From positions 1,216,001 to 1,280,000 of the forward strand of contig CAWDEM010000004.1 in the NCBI GenBank assembly GCA_963801355.1: a DNA stretch of 64,000 bases, written 5' to 3'. Within the stretch, counting starts at the first letter, position 1. Each line of letters opens with the position of its first letter. The notes beneath the pieces are model-generated. The model worked only from the letters and a program-made list of their open reading frames with translations, had not been told where the DNA came from and ran no database searches. Of the stretch, positions 1 to 9,545 are shown one piece after another. Made by a program: the position numbers and the translations under genes. The DNA is from Ignavibacteriota bacterium. Its GTDB lineage: Bacteria > Bacteroidota > Ignavibacteria > UBA10030 > UBA6906.

Positions 1-328
1 GACGCTTGCCGATTTGCAGAACGGCGTGGTCAAGATAAGCTGCAAGCCCAATCCGTACAAAAAGAAGGCGCTCTTTGACAATGCTCTGGACGCGTCGGAC
101 CACAAGGTGGTATTCTACAATCTGCCGACCGAGGCAAAAATCACTATCGTGGACGTGGCAGGACAGATAATACAGGAGCTGAACTTCAAGTCCACCGGCC
201 CCAGCAACGGCACGATTTACTGGAACCTCTTCTCGAAGAACGGCATCGAGGTCGCCAGTGGACTGTACATCTGGGTGGCCGAGTATGAAGGCGGCAAGCA
301 GGTCGGATATCTCACCATCATGCGCTGA
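1..328 (+). CDS. 3' end of a secreted protein with a T9SS/FlgD-Ig-like C-terminal domain (partial, starts before window)
   Basis: Frame open from window edge; KPNPY...VFYNLP..AKITIVDVAGQII...IYWNL.SKNGIEVASGLYIW..YLTIMR resembles a sorting-type CTD; followed by a PorV-family gene. Confidence 0.7.
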   Translation, partial: TLADLQNGVVKISCKPNPYKKKALFDNALDASDHKVVFYNLPTEAKITIVDVAGQIIQELNFKSTGPSNGTIYWNLFSKNGIEVASGLYIWVAEYEGGKQVGYLTIMR

Positions 329-361
329 CGATAACAACGTAAACACGAAAAGGCTTATGCC

Positions 362-1381
362 ATGAAAACATTCAACACGCTCATGCGTTGCGTCATGGTG
401 GTCCTACTTGTGGCTGCCACGGCGGATGCACAGACCAACAAGGCCGGTCTGACGGGTGCTTCGTTTCTGAAGATCGACGTCGGTGCGCGGGAAGCGGCTC
501 TTGCCACCGCCGTGACCGGCCTGACGGGAGACGCTAACCTGATGTTCTACAATCCGGCCGGCATCGCCCTGAAAAGTGATCAAATGGGGCAAGCATCATT
601 CAACTACAACAAATGGATCGCTGACCTCAACCACAACAGCGCGGCGATCACCTACAACTGGCCGGACGTCGGGACCATCGGTGTGGGGGCTATCATGTTC
701 GGAGTCTCGGACATCGTCGCTGACCGCGATGTCTACACTGACCCGGTCCTTGCAGCCATGCAGATTGACCAGAACACCTCGGCGACGTATAACTACCGCG
801 ATATGGCTGTCCAGCTTTCCTACGCGCGGTACGTCATGGACAACTTCTCCCTCGGTCTGACGGTGAAGGGGATCTTCGAGTCTGTCGACGGGGAGAACAT
901 CAGTGCATTCGCGGTCGACTTCGGTTCGGTCTACAACATCGGCGTCATGGACTGGACCATAGCCGCACGGTTCAACAACCTGGGCTCGGATCTGAAGTAC
1001 TATGATATCGGGTTCGGTCTCCCCATGTCGTTCACCATTGGCACGGCGATTACACCGGTGACCATGGAGAAGAGCAAGCTGACGGTGGCGGTAGATGCCG
1101 TGAAGACGCAGGACGGCCCGCAATACTTCTTTGCGGGTGGCGAATTGACGCTGGTCAACGTGATTGCTCTCCGCGGCGGCTACAAGTTCAACTATACGGG
1201 CACCGACGACGGCGGCACCAGCAGCAGGACGGCAATCAACAACACGATCGAAGGCTTCACGGCAGGCGCCGGTCTGATGGGCGACTTCGCGGGCATGAAG
1301 ATCGGCGTGGACTACGCGTACACGAAGATGGACTTGCTGGACAACGTGCACCGCTTCTCGTTGAAGATTGGCTTGAAGTAA
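362..1381 (+). CDS. PorV/PorQ (UPF0164-like) outer-membrane beta-barrel protein
   Basis: Signal peptide (ATADA-Q); GASFLKIDVGAREAAL, MFYNPAGIA, terminal strand HRFSLKIGLK. Confidence 0.8.
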   Translation: MKTFNTLMRCVMVVLLVAATADAQTNKAGLTGASFLKIDVGAREAALATAVTGLTGDANLMFYNPAGIALKSDQMGQASFNYNKWIADLNHNSAAITYNWPDVGTIGVGAIMFGVSDIVADRDVYTDPVLAAMQIDQNTSATYNYRDMAVQLSYARYVMDNFSLGLTVKGIFESVDGENISAFAVDFGSVYNIGVMDWTIAARFNNLGSDLKYYDIGFGLPMSFTIGTAITPVTMEKSKLTVAVDAVKTQDGPQYFFAGGELTLVNVIALRGGYKFNYTGTDDGGTSSRTAINNTIEGFTAGAGLMGDFAGMKIGVDYAYTKMDLLDNVHRFSLKIGLK

Positions 1382-1392
1382 CCCCGGATGAG

Positions 1393-1580
1393 CACCCGAC
1401 CTCCGAACAAAGGCGGGTGATTGTCCCACCGTCCTGAGTGGAGCAAAAAGACGGTGGTCTTTGAGAGGGGGGTAGTCTCCTTGCGGGAGTCACGCGAACT
1501 ATTGAAACGTGTACCCTGAGGTGATTACCCCCCCCTTTCATTATCAATTGTGGAGGTGGATCCACCATCCACAACGGATA
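1393..1580 (+). promoter_or_regulatory. Highly structured intergenic region (four successive stem-loops); possible terminator/processing site or cis-regulatory RNA
   Basis: Inverted repeats 1393-1402/1411-1419, 1426-1433/1450-1457 (CCACCGTC/GACGGTGG), 1462-1477/1523-1540, 1548-1560/1561-1574. Confidence 0.4.
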
Positions 1581-1601
1581 TGACCGAGAGAGGATCCCAT
1601 C

Positions 1602-2652
1602 GTGCTGACCACGTCGAAAGCACCCCTGCCCCTGCTCCCCACAACCGTCATCGGCAGCTATCCGTTTCCCAGATGGCTTGAAACCGTCCGCGATCTCGGC
1701 GCCCAGGGAAAGCTGACGCACGCCGATGTTGTCGAAGCCCACGATGCCGCCGTGCGGTCGGCCATCATGGACCAGGAATTCGCCGGCGTGGATATCATCA
1801 CCGACGGTGAGCTGCGACGGGAAACCATGGTGAACTTCTTCTCCGCCCGGATTCACGGGTTTGACATGTCCGGCAAACTCAAACCGATCGGGAATCTGGA
1901 TCCCTCAATCCAGATGAAAGATCCCGTTGTGCGCGACAAGGTGCGACGACTGAACGGCCTTGGCATGGATGACCATTTTGCATTCCTGCAAGCACACGCA
2001 ACGCACGCGACCAAAGTGTGTGTGACCGGTCCTCAAATGCTCGCCAAGAGGGCAACCAATGAGTACTATCCGTCGGACAAGGAGCTCGTGTTCGACCTCG
2101 CCGATGTGCTGAACGTGGAGCTGAAGAACCTTGTCGGGGCGGGGTGCAGGTTCATTCAGATAGACGAACCGGTGTGGGTCGGGTATCCCGCCGATATGCC
2201 ATGGCTCGTCGAGTCGTTCAACAGGCTGGTCGACGGGGTCAATGCCAAAATCGCCCTGCACGTCTGCTACGGCAACTATCAGCTGAAAAGACTCTTCACA
2301 GGGGAATATGCACAACTCTTTCCGGCGATTCTTGACACCCGGGCTGACCAGATCAGCATGGAGTTCGCCGTATCGGACGGTGCGGGACTGGATCTGTTCA
2401 AGAAATACAAAACCGACAAGGAGGTCGTGGTCGGCGTGATTGACGTGAAATCCCCGGACATCGAATCTGCCGGCGACTGTCGCGCAGCGGATCAGGACTG
2501 CGCTGGAATTCATTCCGGAGGCCCGGATGTACATTTCGCCCGACTGCGGCATGAAGTTCATGCCGCGCGACAGGGCATTCGGAAAACTGAAGGCCATGGT
2601 TGAAGGCGCGAAAGTAGTTCGTCAGGAGTTGATAGGAATCGGAGGAGCCTAG
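1602..2652 (+). CDS. Cobalamin-independent methionine synthase C-terminal (core MetE-like, Zn) family protein; +1 frameshift near 2470
   Basis: TTVIGSYPFP, TDGELRR, IQIDEP, LHVCYGN; the frame shifted after ~2470 reads ATVAQRIRTALEFIPEARMYISPDCGMKFMPR..GKLKAMV to TAG 2650-2652. Confidence 0.85.
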
Positions 2653-2659
2653 GCCCGGC

Positions 2660-4863
2660 ATGCCCCAGCGGAGCGAACTCACGGTACGGCAGGCAGCACG
2701 CTGCGCTTCGCCGGATTGTCATCCGGCAATCGGATCCCGCTGTGTGCCGGACAGTCGCAGAAGCGTGGCGCGAGAGCCTCTCGCCGGAGGCGGAGATTGC
2801 CGTCAGTGCAGAACCTCCTGCGGCTGAGGCAGGCACACTCGTCATTCGGGTGGGTGGCCCACGACAGTCTCCTGCAGAGGGGAAACTGGTCTGGCCGGCG
2901 AATCACGCAGTGGAATTGCAGGCAACACACGCCACCGCTCTCTTCCCGCTTTTCTCCATGATCGCAGAGGACTGGATTGACAGCCCGGTCCCAGGGCTGG
3001 CGGAACCCTTGACGTACCGTCCGGCCTTCCCCTGGTTGCGCAATCTCAATGACTTTTTCGTCGGCAGTCTGCGAACGGCACGGGGATTTGACCGCGAGGC
3101 CTTCGTGCGACAACTCGCACGGGCGGGATTTACGCATGTGACGGTCAACGGTCTGGGGGGACCCCGTCCATACGAAAGCAGCCCTCCCGGCGACGTATAC
3201 CACTGGTTCTATGATTATAGTCCCGACCTCGATCAGTTTGTCGACAGTGAACTCGTGCGGGGGTACTATCCTCGCGGAGTACGTGCGTGCAAATCGGGAC
3301 GCGCTGCGTGCCAATGCAGCGCTTGCCAGAAAGTACGGAGTGATTCCCGGTCTCCACATCAATTCCCCTCGGTCGATGCCGGAGGAATTCTGGCACCGCT
3401 TTGGCTATCTGCGGGGTGCCAGAGTGGATCATCCCCGCGAGACCCTGCGCCCCCGGTATACACTTGCCATGGCGCACCCGGCGGTGCAGAAACATTACCG
3501 TGAATTGATCCGGAATATCATGACTGAGGTTCCGGACCTTGGCTTCATCCATGTCTGGACCAATGACAGCGGTGCGGGATTTGAATTCGTGAGTTCTTTG
3601 TATGCCGGGCGCAATGGAGGTCCGTACTTGCTGCGAGAATGGAAGGGCGACGAGGCGATTGCACGTGCGGCAGCGGGCAACGTTATGACGTATTACCGCC
3701 TCCTGGCGGAGGAAGGGCGGCGGGTGAATCCCGCATTCCACCTTATATGCGATCTCGGTCCGTTCTTCGCCGAGCGCAAGTACATCATTCCGGACTTGGG
3801 TAACGGCATCGATGCGGGCGATTTCGCGTTCTTTGAGGAGCAACCCGGAGGTCCGGGGCGCGAAGCCATCGAAGCCACGGGAGCACAGGTGCATCTCAAG
3901 CTGGATCTGTGCGACAACAACGTGCTCGGAGTGCCGGCGCCCGTTCTTGTGTATGAAAGGTTGCGCGATGCGTTCCGCAGCGGGGCACGCGCAACCTTGA
4001 CGAACATTGCACCTCCGTCGCTGGTCCCGTACGACATCAATGGTGAGGTGGTGCGGGCCTTCCAGGCGAACCATGACAAGCCGCCGGAGCCGCTTCTGGA
4101 GCGCTGTGCGCGCCAGTGGGCGGGTGAGATGCATATGGCCCGGCTGCTGCGCGTCTGGTCGCTGTCCGACGCAGCTGTCCGCGCGTACCCACCGACTATC
4201 CCCATGAGCACGTTCGGGTTTCCATGGTTTCGCCTCTGGGTGCGTCCCTTCGTGCCAAACATCGACGCCATCCCTGAAGGGGAACGGGCCTACTACGAAA
4301 AGTTCCTCCTGGCAACGTTCAACAATCCGGCACGTGTCGATCTCAACAATGACATGATGTGGAACTTTCTGACCGTCGAGCAAGCAGGCGGGCTGCGGCA
4401 GGAGATTGATCAGAAGGTGCTTCCCCCGCTCACCGGGGCGATCCTGCTCTGTCACGAGCTTCTGCAGGGAACGCACGCCACGGACCAGGTGCCCCCTGTG
4501 TTTCCAGATCTGCAGGACCGGCTTCGCGCCGCACGGTGCTACTACACCACGATGCGCAACACGGTTGCATGGACGGAATCGGTGCACGGCTATCTTCAAG
4601 CCACGACAGAGACGGAGAAAACGCAGTTCAGATCTCTCTGTGATGCAATGGTTGCCGGAGAACTCGCGAACACCCGGGACCTTCTCACGCTCTGGCAGCA
4701 TTCGGCAGGATCCTGGATGCCGGTATCCGCGCTCGGCGAATCCCTGCATCTGTACGGTGAGAACTTCGGTGACCTCCTGGGGCACAAGATTGCGTTGATG
4801 GAGCGCCATGTCCATGATGAGCCGTATATCGATCCCCAGTACATGTGGCGGATGAAAAACTGA
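2660..4863 (+). CDS. Uncharacterised large protein, possibly glycoside-hydrolase-like; paralog of 40868-43201; frameshift at ~3273 and possibly ~2700
   Basis: ORFs 2742-3503 and 3211-4863 join by removing one base (GYYP-AEYVRAN) and align colinearly with the intact paralog (LRGARVDHP, NDSGAGFE, GRNGG, DEPYxDP); start uncertain (ATG 2660 or GTG 2742). Confidence 0.7.
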
Positions 4864-4897
4864 CCCGGAGTCTTCCATATACTCAAGAGGAGATATC

Positions 4898-5698
4898 ATG
4901 TTGTACGACGACACCTTTCCATTGCTTGAAGAGCAGATACGCTTCTACGAGGAGAACGGATATATCCAGCTGCACAACGTTTTGACGCGTGAAGAAGTCG
5001 TCGCACTGCGGTCGGCTGTGGAGGTCGCCGCCGAGGACCGGAAACGCCTGCAGGAGAACTGGGGGCCCAGGGGAGATGAAGGATATGCCAAGGTCTTCCT
5101 GCAGATGGTGAATGTCTGGGAGCGGTATCCCGCCATTGAAGAGTACACGCTCAGTCCGCGTATCGGGGACATCGCCCGTCAGCTCACCCGGTCGCCGTAC
5201 GTCCGCCTCTGGCATGACCACGCGTTGATCAAGTACCCGAAAGACAGCAAGGCGACGGCGTGGCACCAGGACAAGGTCTACTGGCCGATGAAGGAAAACG
5301 GGGCGCTCTCGTGCTGGATGGCGCTCGACGATGTCACCGTGCAAAACGGGTGCATGTGGTTCCTCCCCGGTTCGCATGTGCTGGGTCCGCTGGATCCTGT
5401 CGATCTGGGCACGGCAGACGAACAGAGTCTGCTGCGTGTGCTTCCGGAATCCATGAAGCATGTCCGTCCGGTGGTCATGGAGATGAAAGCCGGGAGCTGC
5501 ACATTCCATCACGGACTGACGTTCCACTATGCCGGGCCGAATGTTACGGATGGACCCCGCCGCGCGATGGTAACGATCTTCATGCCCGCGGGCACGCATT
5601 ACAGGAAGCAAGAACACATCGTCGGCGACAGGGGAAACCTTGCGGATGGCGAGGAATTCCACGGACCGCTTTTCCCGTTTATCGGGCGGGGGATGTAA
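4898..5698 (+). CDS. Phytanoyl-CoA dioxygenase (PhyH) family Fe(II)/2-oxoglutarate oxygenase
   Basis: WHQD (HxD), WMALDDVTVQNGCM..LPGSH, TFHYAGPN...RRAM; SD GAGGAG. Confidence 0.9.
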   Translation: MLYDDTFPLLEEQIRFYEENGYIQLHNVLTREEVVALRSAVEVAAEDRKRLQENWGPRGDEGYAKVFLQMVNVWERYPAIEEYTLSPRIGDIARQLTRSPYVRLWHDHALIKYPKDSKATAWHQDKVYWPMKENGALSCWMALDDVTVQNGCMWFLPGSHVLGPLDPVDLGTADEQSLLRVLPESMKHVRPVVMEMKAGSCTFHHGLTFHYAGPNVTDGPRRAMVTIFMPAGTHYRKQEHIVGDRGNLADGEEFHGPLFPFIGRGM

Positions 5699-5705
5699 TA
5701 CCCTC

Positions 5706-7295
5706 ATGACGACGAGAGTCACATCATTGCATACCGGCGATCCCCGGCTGGACGAGCTGCTTCCCCGGATCAAGGGCTTTCTGGATCAGGATGTGTCGGA
5801 AATGAACGCGCTGGGTTCGCGCGTGCGGGGGTACCGGTCACCGGACGGACCGAGTCTCTGGCTCCGGGATCACACAGACATGATGCGCGGGTTCCGGTAC
5901 TGGGAGCGCGACATGACGAGCATGATCGAGCACTTCGCCGAGACACAGACCGCGCGCGGGTGGCTCTTCGACTATTTCACGCTCACTCCCGACAAACTTC
6001 CCTGTGAGCGGGAGAACTGGGCAAAGTATGTCAGGGTGCCGGTGGAAGCGGACGTCGAGTACAGGTTCATCAACGGCATCTACCTGGCCTGGCAGGCGAC
6101 CGGGGACGACGGGTGGCTGCGACGCATGCTGCCGCACGCCGAGCGGGCCCTTGCGTACATTTTCAACGATCCCTGGCGGTGGGATCCGCGGCACAAGCTT
6201 GTCAAACGTGCCTACACGATCGACACATGGGACTTTGACTACACCGCCGGGCGGCATCCATGGCTGAACTTCCAGATTACCGATGAGACATTCTGGGGGA
6301 TCATGCACGGCGACAACTCGGGCTATTACGAAGCCTGCCTGCGGCTTGCCGTGCTCCTCGACAGGGTGCGGATGAACAAGCGAGCGGCATACTGGCGGCG
6401 CTTTGCTGCCGGTCTTCGCCGCCGGACAAATGCTCTCTGTTTCAACGGGCGGTTCTACACCCATCATGTGCCCCTTGTGCCGGTCACGGTTCCCGGGGTT
6501 GACACAGGCGCGCAGCTCAGCCTGAGCAACCCGATGGACATCAACCGCGGTCTGGCGACCCACGCAATGGCCACCGCGATCATCAAGGAATATCGGAACC
6601 GCGGAAAGGCGACCGGCGCGTTTGCGGAATGGTTCAGCATCGACCCGCCGTTTCCGGACGGGATCTACGGTGACGAGAAGATCGTCGCGGGGGCCTACTG
6701 CAACGGCGGGATCATGCCGCTGGTGGGCGGCGAACTCGCCCGGGCGGCATTCGAGCACGGATGTGAATCCTACGGCGTCGAGCAGCTGTACAAATACCAT
6801 GAACTGACAAAAGCCAACGAAACCTACCTCTGGTATTTCCCGGATGGCCGTCATGCCACCCGCGAAACCAGCACCAGTCCGGAGGCCTATCCTACGGACG
6901 GGTGGGGTTCGTCCGCCATGCTGTACGCATTGATCGAAGGGCTCGCTGGTGTTGTCGACGCCGGGGCATGCTTCCGGCGCGTGAAGCTTTCTCCGCGATG
7001 GTTGGCTGCGGGGCGGGATGATGCCGAGGTGGTGGCGGCATACGGTGTCAGCGGAGCTTCATGCAGCTATCAGTATCGTCATGATGCCGCACGGTCCATG
7101 ATGACATTGGAGGTGACCGGCATCGGAGAGGTTCAGCTGCACCTGTTGTTGCCAAAGGGTGCCCGTGTTGCCGGTGTCCGGGTGAACAGGCGGGCCGTCG
7201 CGGCACGTGCTGCCACCGTTGAACAGAGTTCGTATGCCGACGCCGGTTTTGCACTGCGGGGCAATGCACGTGTTGAAGTGTCCTACAAAGGATAA
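5706..7295 (+). CDS. Putative (alpha/alpha)6-barrel glycoside hydrolase-like protein
   Basis: WLRDH, EADVE, YLAWQATGD, YCNGGIMP, GWGSSAMLYALIEGLAG followed by a beta-sandwich-like C-terminus; family not assignable. Confidence 0.6.
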   Translation: MTTRVTSLHTGDPRLDELLPRIKGFLDQDVSEMNALGSRVRGYRSPDGPSLWLRDHTDMMRGFRYWERDMTSMIEHFAETQTARGWLFDYFTLTPDKLPCERENWAKYVRVPVEADVEYRFINGIYLAWQATGDDGWLRRMLPHAERALAYIFNDPWRWDPRHKLVKRAYTIDTWDFDYTAGRHPWLNFQITDETFWGIMHGDNSGYYEACLRLAVLLDRVRMNKRAAYWRRFAAGLRRRTNALCFNGRFYTHHVPLVPVTVPGVDTGAQLSLSNPMDINRGLATHAMATAIIKEYRNRGKATGAFAEWFSIDPPFPDGIYGDEKIVAGAYCNGGIMPLVGGELARAAFEHGCESYGVEQLYKYHELTKANETYLWYFPDGRHATRETSTSPEAYPTDGWGSSAMLYALIEGLAGVVDAGACFRRVKLSPRWLAAGRDDAEVVAAYGVSGASCSYQYRHDAARSMMTLEVTGIGEVQLHLLLPKGARVAGVRVNRRAVAARAATVEQSSYADAGFALRGNARVEVSYKG

Positions 7296-7298
7296 TAC

Positions 7299-9545
7299 AT
7301 GAAACGACGCGATTTTCTCAGGACACCGGCCGTAAGTCTCCTGGTTCCCGCTGCCGGTGCACTTTCCCTTGACGAGATGCTTGACTTTGATCGGCCGCAG
7401 GGCGGAGCCTCCCAGGAAGCCCGAAAGCATCCGCAACGGCTCCACCAGGATTTCTCGACCTACCAGCCGGGCATCGAATACTTCTTCATTGGCAACGGTG
7501 AGCTGCAGGCTGTTGTGCAGTACATGCCCGACCGTTCGGGAGATCTTCCCCAGACGTTTCTCGGCATGACACTCATGGATGCCGAAAGATTCTCGCGGAA
7601 ATGGAGCACGTATCTCTTTCACCCCGAGCGGGGGTTTGAAAATTCCAGGCTTTCTGTCACGATCGAGAACAACAGCTACTGGGTACTTCCGGACACGCTT
7701 GTCGAGGTGAAGTGGAAGATGGTCGAGTCGGTCCCCGTGATTTCCGCGCTCTGGAAGGCGGGCGTCATGATGGTCGAAGAAGAGATCTATGTCCCCTCGG
7801 AAGGGGCGTACCTGATCCGCCAGGTAACGTTGCGCAACACCGGCGCGACAGCCCTGCCCGCAATTGTCCGGCTGCCGCTCGTTCCCAATTTCACGGTGTT
7901 CGATGACATCGGGACCGACCCGAAGAAAAGCATCGCATTCGGGCGCGGGTATACCGAGATCACACTTTCCTGTCTGGACGGCGACGCAAAGGCCACCGGA
8001 CGCTATGAAGTGTCGACGCAGCTCGAAGCCATCGCGCCGGGCAAGGAAGCTGTCGCCCGGTTTGTGTACGCCATCCGGCCGGGCACTCCGCTCCTCCGGG
8101 CGGCTGATATGCCGAAGTTGTGGAAGAAGACGGTCGCCTACTGGAAGTCGAAGCCGGTCCTCTCAGCGGGGAATGAGCGGCTCGACCATCTTTACGCCGT
8201 TTCCCGCAGCGGTCTGAAAGCGCATCTCGGCCGGAGCGGCAAACGCGACAGCGGATACTGGCAGTACAATATGGAATGGGTACGTGACGACGTGATGATG
8301 ATCCAGGGGTTGTCGATGGCCGGCATGCATGAGGAAGCACGGGCCGTGCTCCTCAAAAACCTCTCGCGGAACGTTGGTCCGGACGGATGCCTGGTCGAAT
8401 CAAGCCGCTGGTCCGGCACGGACCTTACCGAGCTGGATCAGAACGGGCAGCTGTTGTATGCGGCATGGCTCTATCTCTGCTGGTCCGGCGACCGTGATCT
8501 CGTCAAGAAGTACTGGCCGCAAATTGTGCGGGCCGGTGACTATCCGCTGCAGGACGTATTCCGCGGACGTCGCACACGGCTCCTGCGCAACAAGAGGGAA
8601 TTCTGGGAACGGAGCGATCGCGAAGGTGTTGAAGACGGCTTCGAGCTGGCGTATCAATTCTGGGTGATGATGGGGTTGGAACGGGGGACCGAACTCGCCC
8701 GGGCAATGGGTGAAAGCGCCACGGCAAATCGTTGGGCGGCTGCCTCCGCCGAATTGAAACAGATCATGTTCCACGACCCCACATTCCGGTTCATCGAAGA
8801 CGGACATTTGATCAAGAGACGAACGCTTGATGGGCGGTGGCAGCGGTACATGATACCCCCGGACCGCACGACCATGCCCCCGGGATCCCCGCTTGCCCTG
8901 AACGAAAAACCTGACTGTGAACCGGACAGTGCCGACATCTATCCGATCATCTATGCGTATGTCGATCCGAAGGGCGAGATTGCACGCGCCACGCTCCGGG
9001 ACATGGACCTATTGTGGAATCAACAATGGGACTTTGGCGGGTATGCGCGCTACAATACGACGAGCGAGCCCGATCCGCCGGCTCCCTGGCCGATTGCCTC
9101 GATCCTGATGGCGCGGGCTGCAGTCGAGATGGGAGATGACGAACGTGCATGGCGTGCCATCGACTGGGTCAGCACAATTCACGGAGGCAAGTCCGGCGGA
9201 TGGTTTGAGCGGTACGGCCCGAGTATCACACCGCCGGCTCCGCCGGTCTCCGTGGTTGGCTGGACGTGGGCGGAGGTGGTTGTGCTGATGGTCCAGCACA
9301 TACTCGGATTCCGTCCCGATCTCGACGGCATCGTCATCCGGCCGCGTCTCATCCGGGGCGTCGATCGTCTGCACACGGCCTTCACCGTTCGCGGCTCGAC
9401 CTACGACGTGACCGTGAGACGCGCAACCGAAGCATCGGCGACGGTGAATGGAGTGAAGGCGGAGGTCAAGGACGGCGCACTGAGGCTTGTGCACCGCAAA
9501 AAAGGAAGTCAAACGGATATTATTCTGGAGGTCCCGGGTCGATGA
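7299..9545 (+). CDS. Tat-motif GH15/glucoamylase-like six-hairpin glycosidase
   Basis: N-terminal MKRRDFL; YNMEWVRDD, ELDQNG, FWER, GGYARY, PWPIAS. Confidence 0.65.
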   Translation: MKRRDFLRTPAVSLLVPAAGALSLDEMLDFDRPQGGASQEARKHPQRLHQDFSTYQPGIEYFFIGNGELQAVVQYMPDRSGDLPQTFLGMTLMDAERFSRKWSTYLFHPERGFENSRLSVTIENNSYWVLPDTLVEVKWKMVESVPVISALWKAGVMMVEEEIYVPSEGAYLIRQVTLRNTGATALPAIVRLPLVPNFTVFDDIGTDPKKSIAFGRGYTEITLSCLDGDAKATGRYEVSTQLEAIAPGKEAVARFVYAIRPGTPLLRAADMPKLWKKTVAYWKSKPVLSAGNERLDHLYAVSRSGLKAHLGRSGKRDSGYWQYNMEWVRDDVMMIQGLSMAGMHEEARAVLLKNLSRNVGPDGCLVESSRWSGTDLTELDQNGQLLYAAWLYLCWSGDRDLVKKYWPQIVRAGDYPLQDVFRGRRTRLLRNKREFWERSDREGVEDGFELAYQFWVMMGLERGTELARAMGESATANRWAAASAELKQIMFHDPTFRFIEDGHLIKRRTLDGRWQRYMIPPDRTTMPPGSPLALNEKPDCEPDSADIYPIIYAYVDPKGEIARATLRDMDLLWNQQWDFGGYARYNTTSEPDPPAPWPIASILMARAAVEMGDDERAWRAIDWVSTIHGGKSGGWFERYGPSITPPAPPVSVVGWTWAEVVVLMVQHILGFRPDLDGIVIRPRLIRGVDRLHTAFTVRGSTYDVTVRRATEASATVNGVKAEVKDGALRLVHRKKGSQTDIILEVPGR

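Noticed and set aside
1541-1580. SAM-I riboswitch (TTATC...GATA before a met-like gene)
   Set aside because: The interior is a single hairpin without the P2 kink-turn, GCAACC or P4 elements
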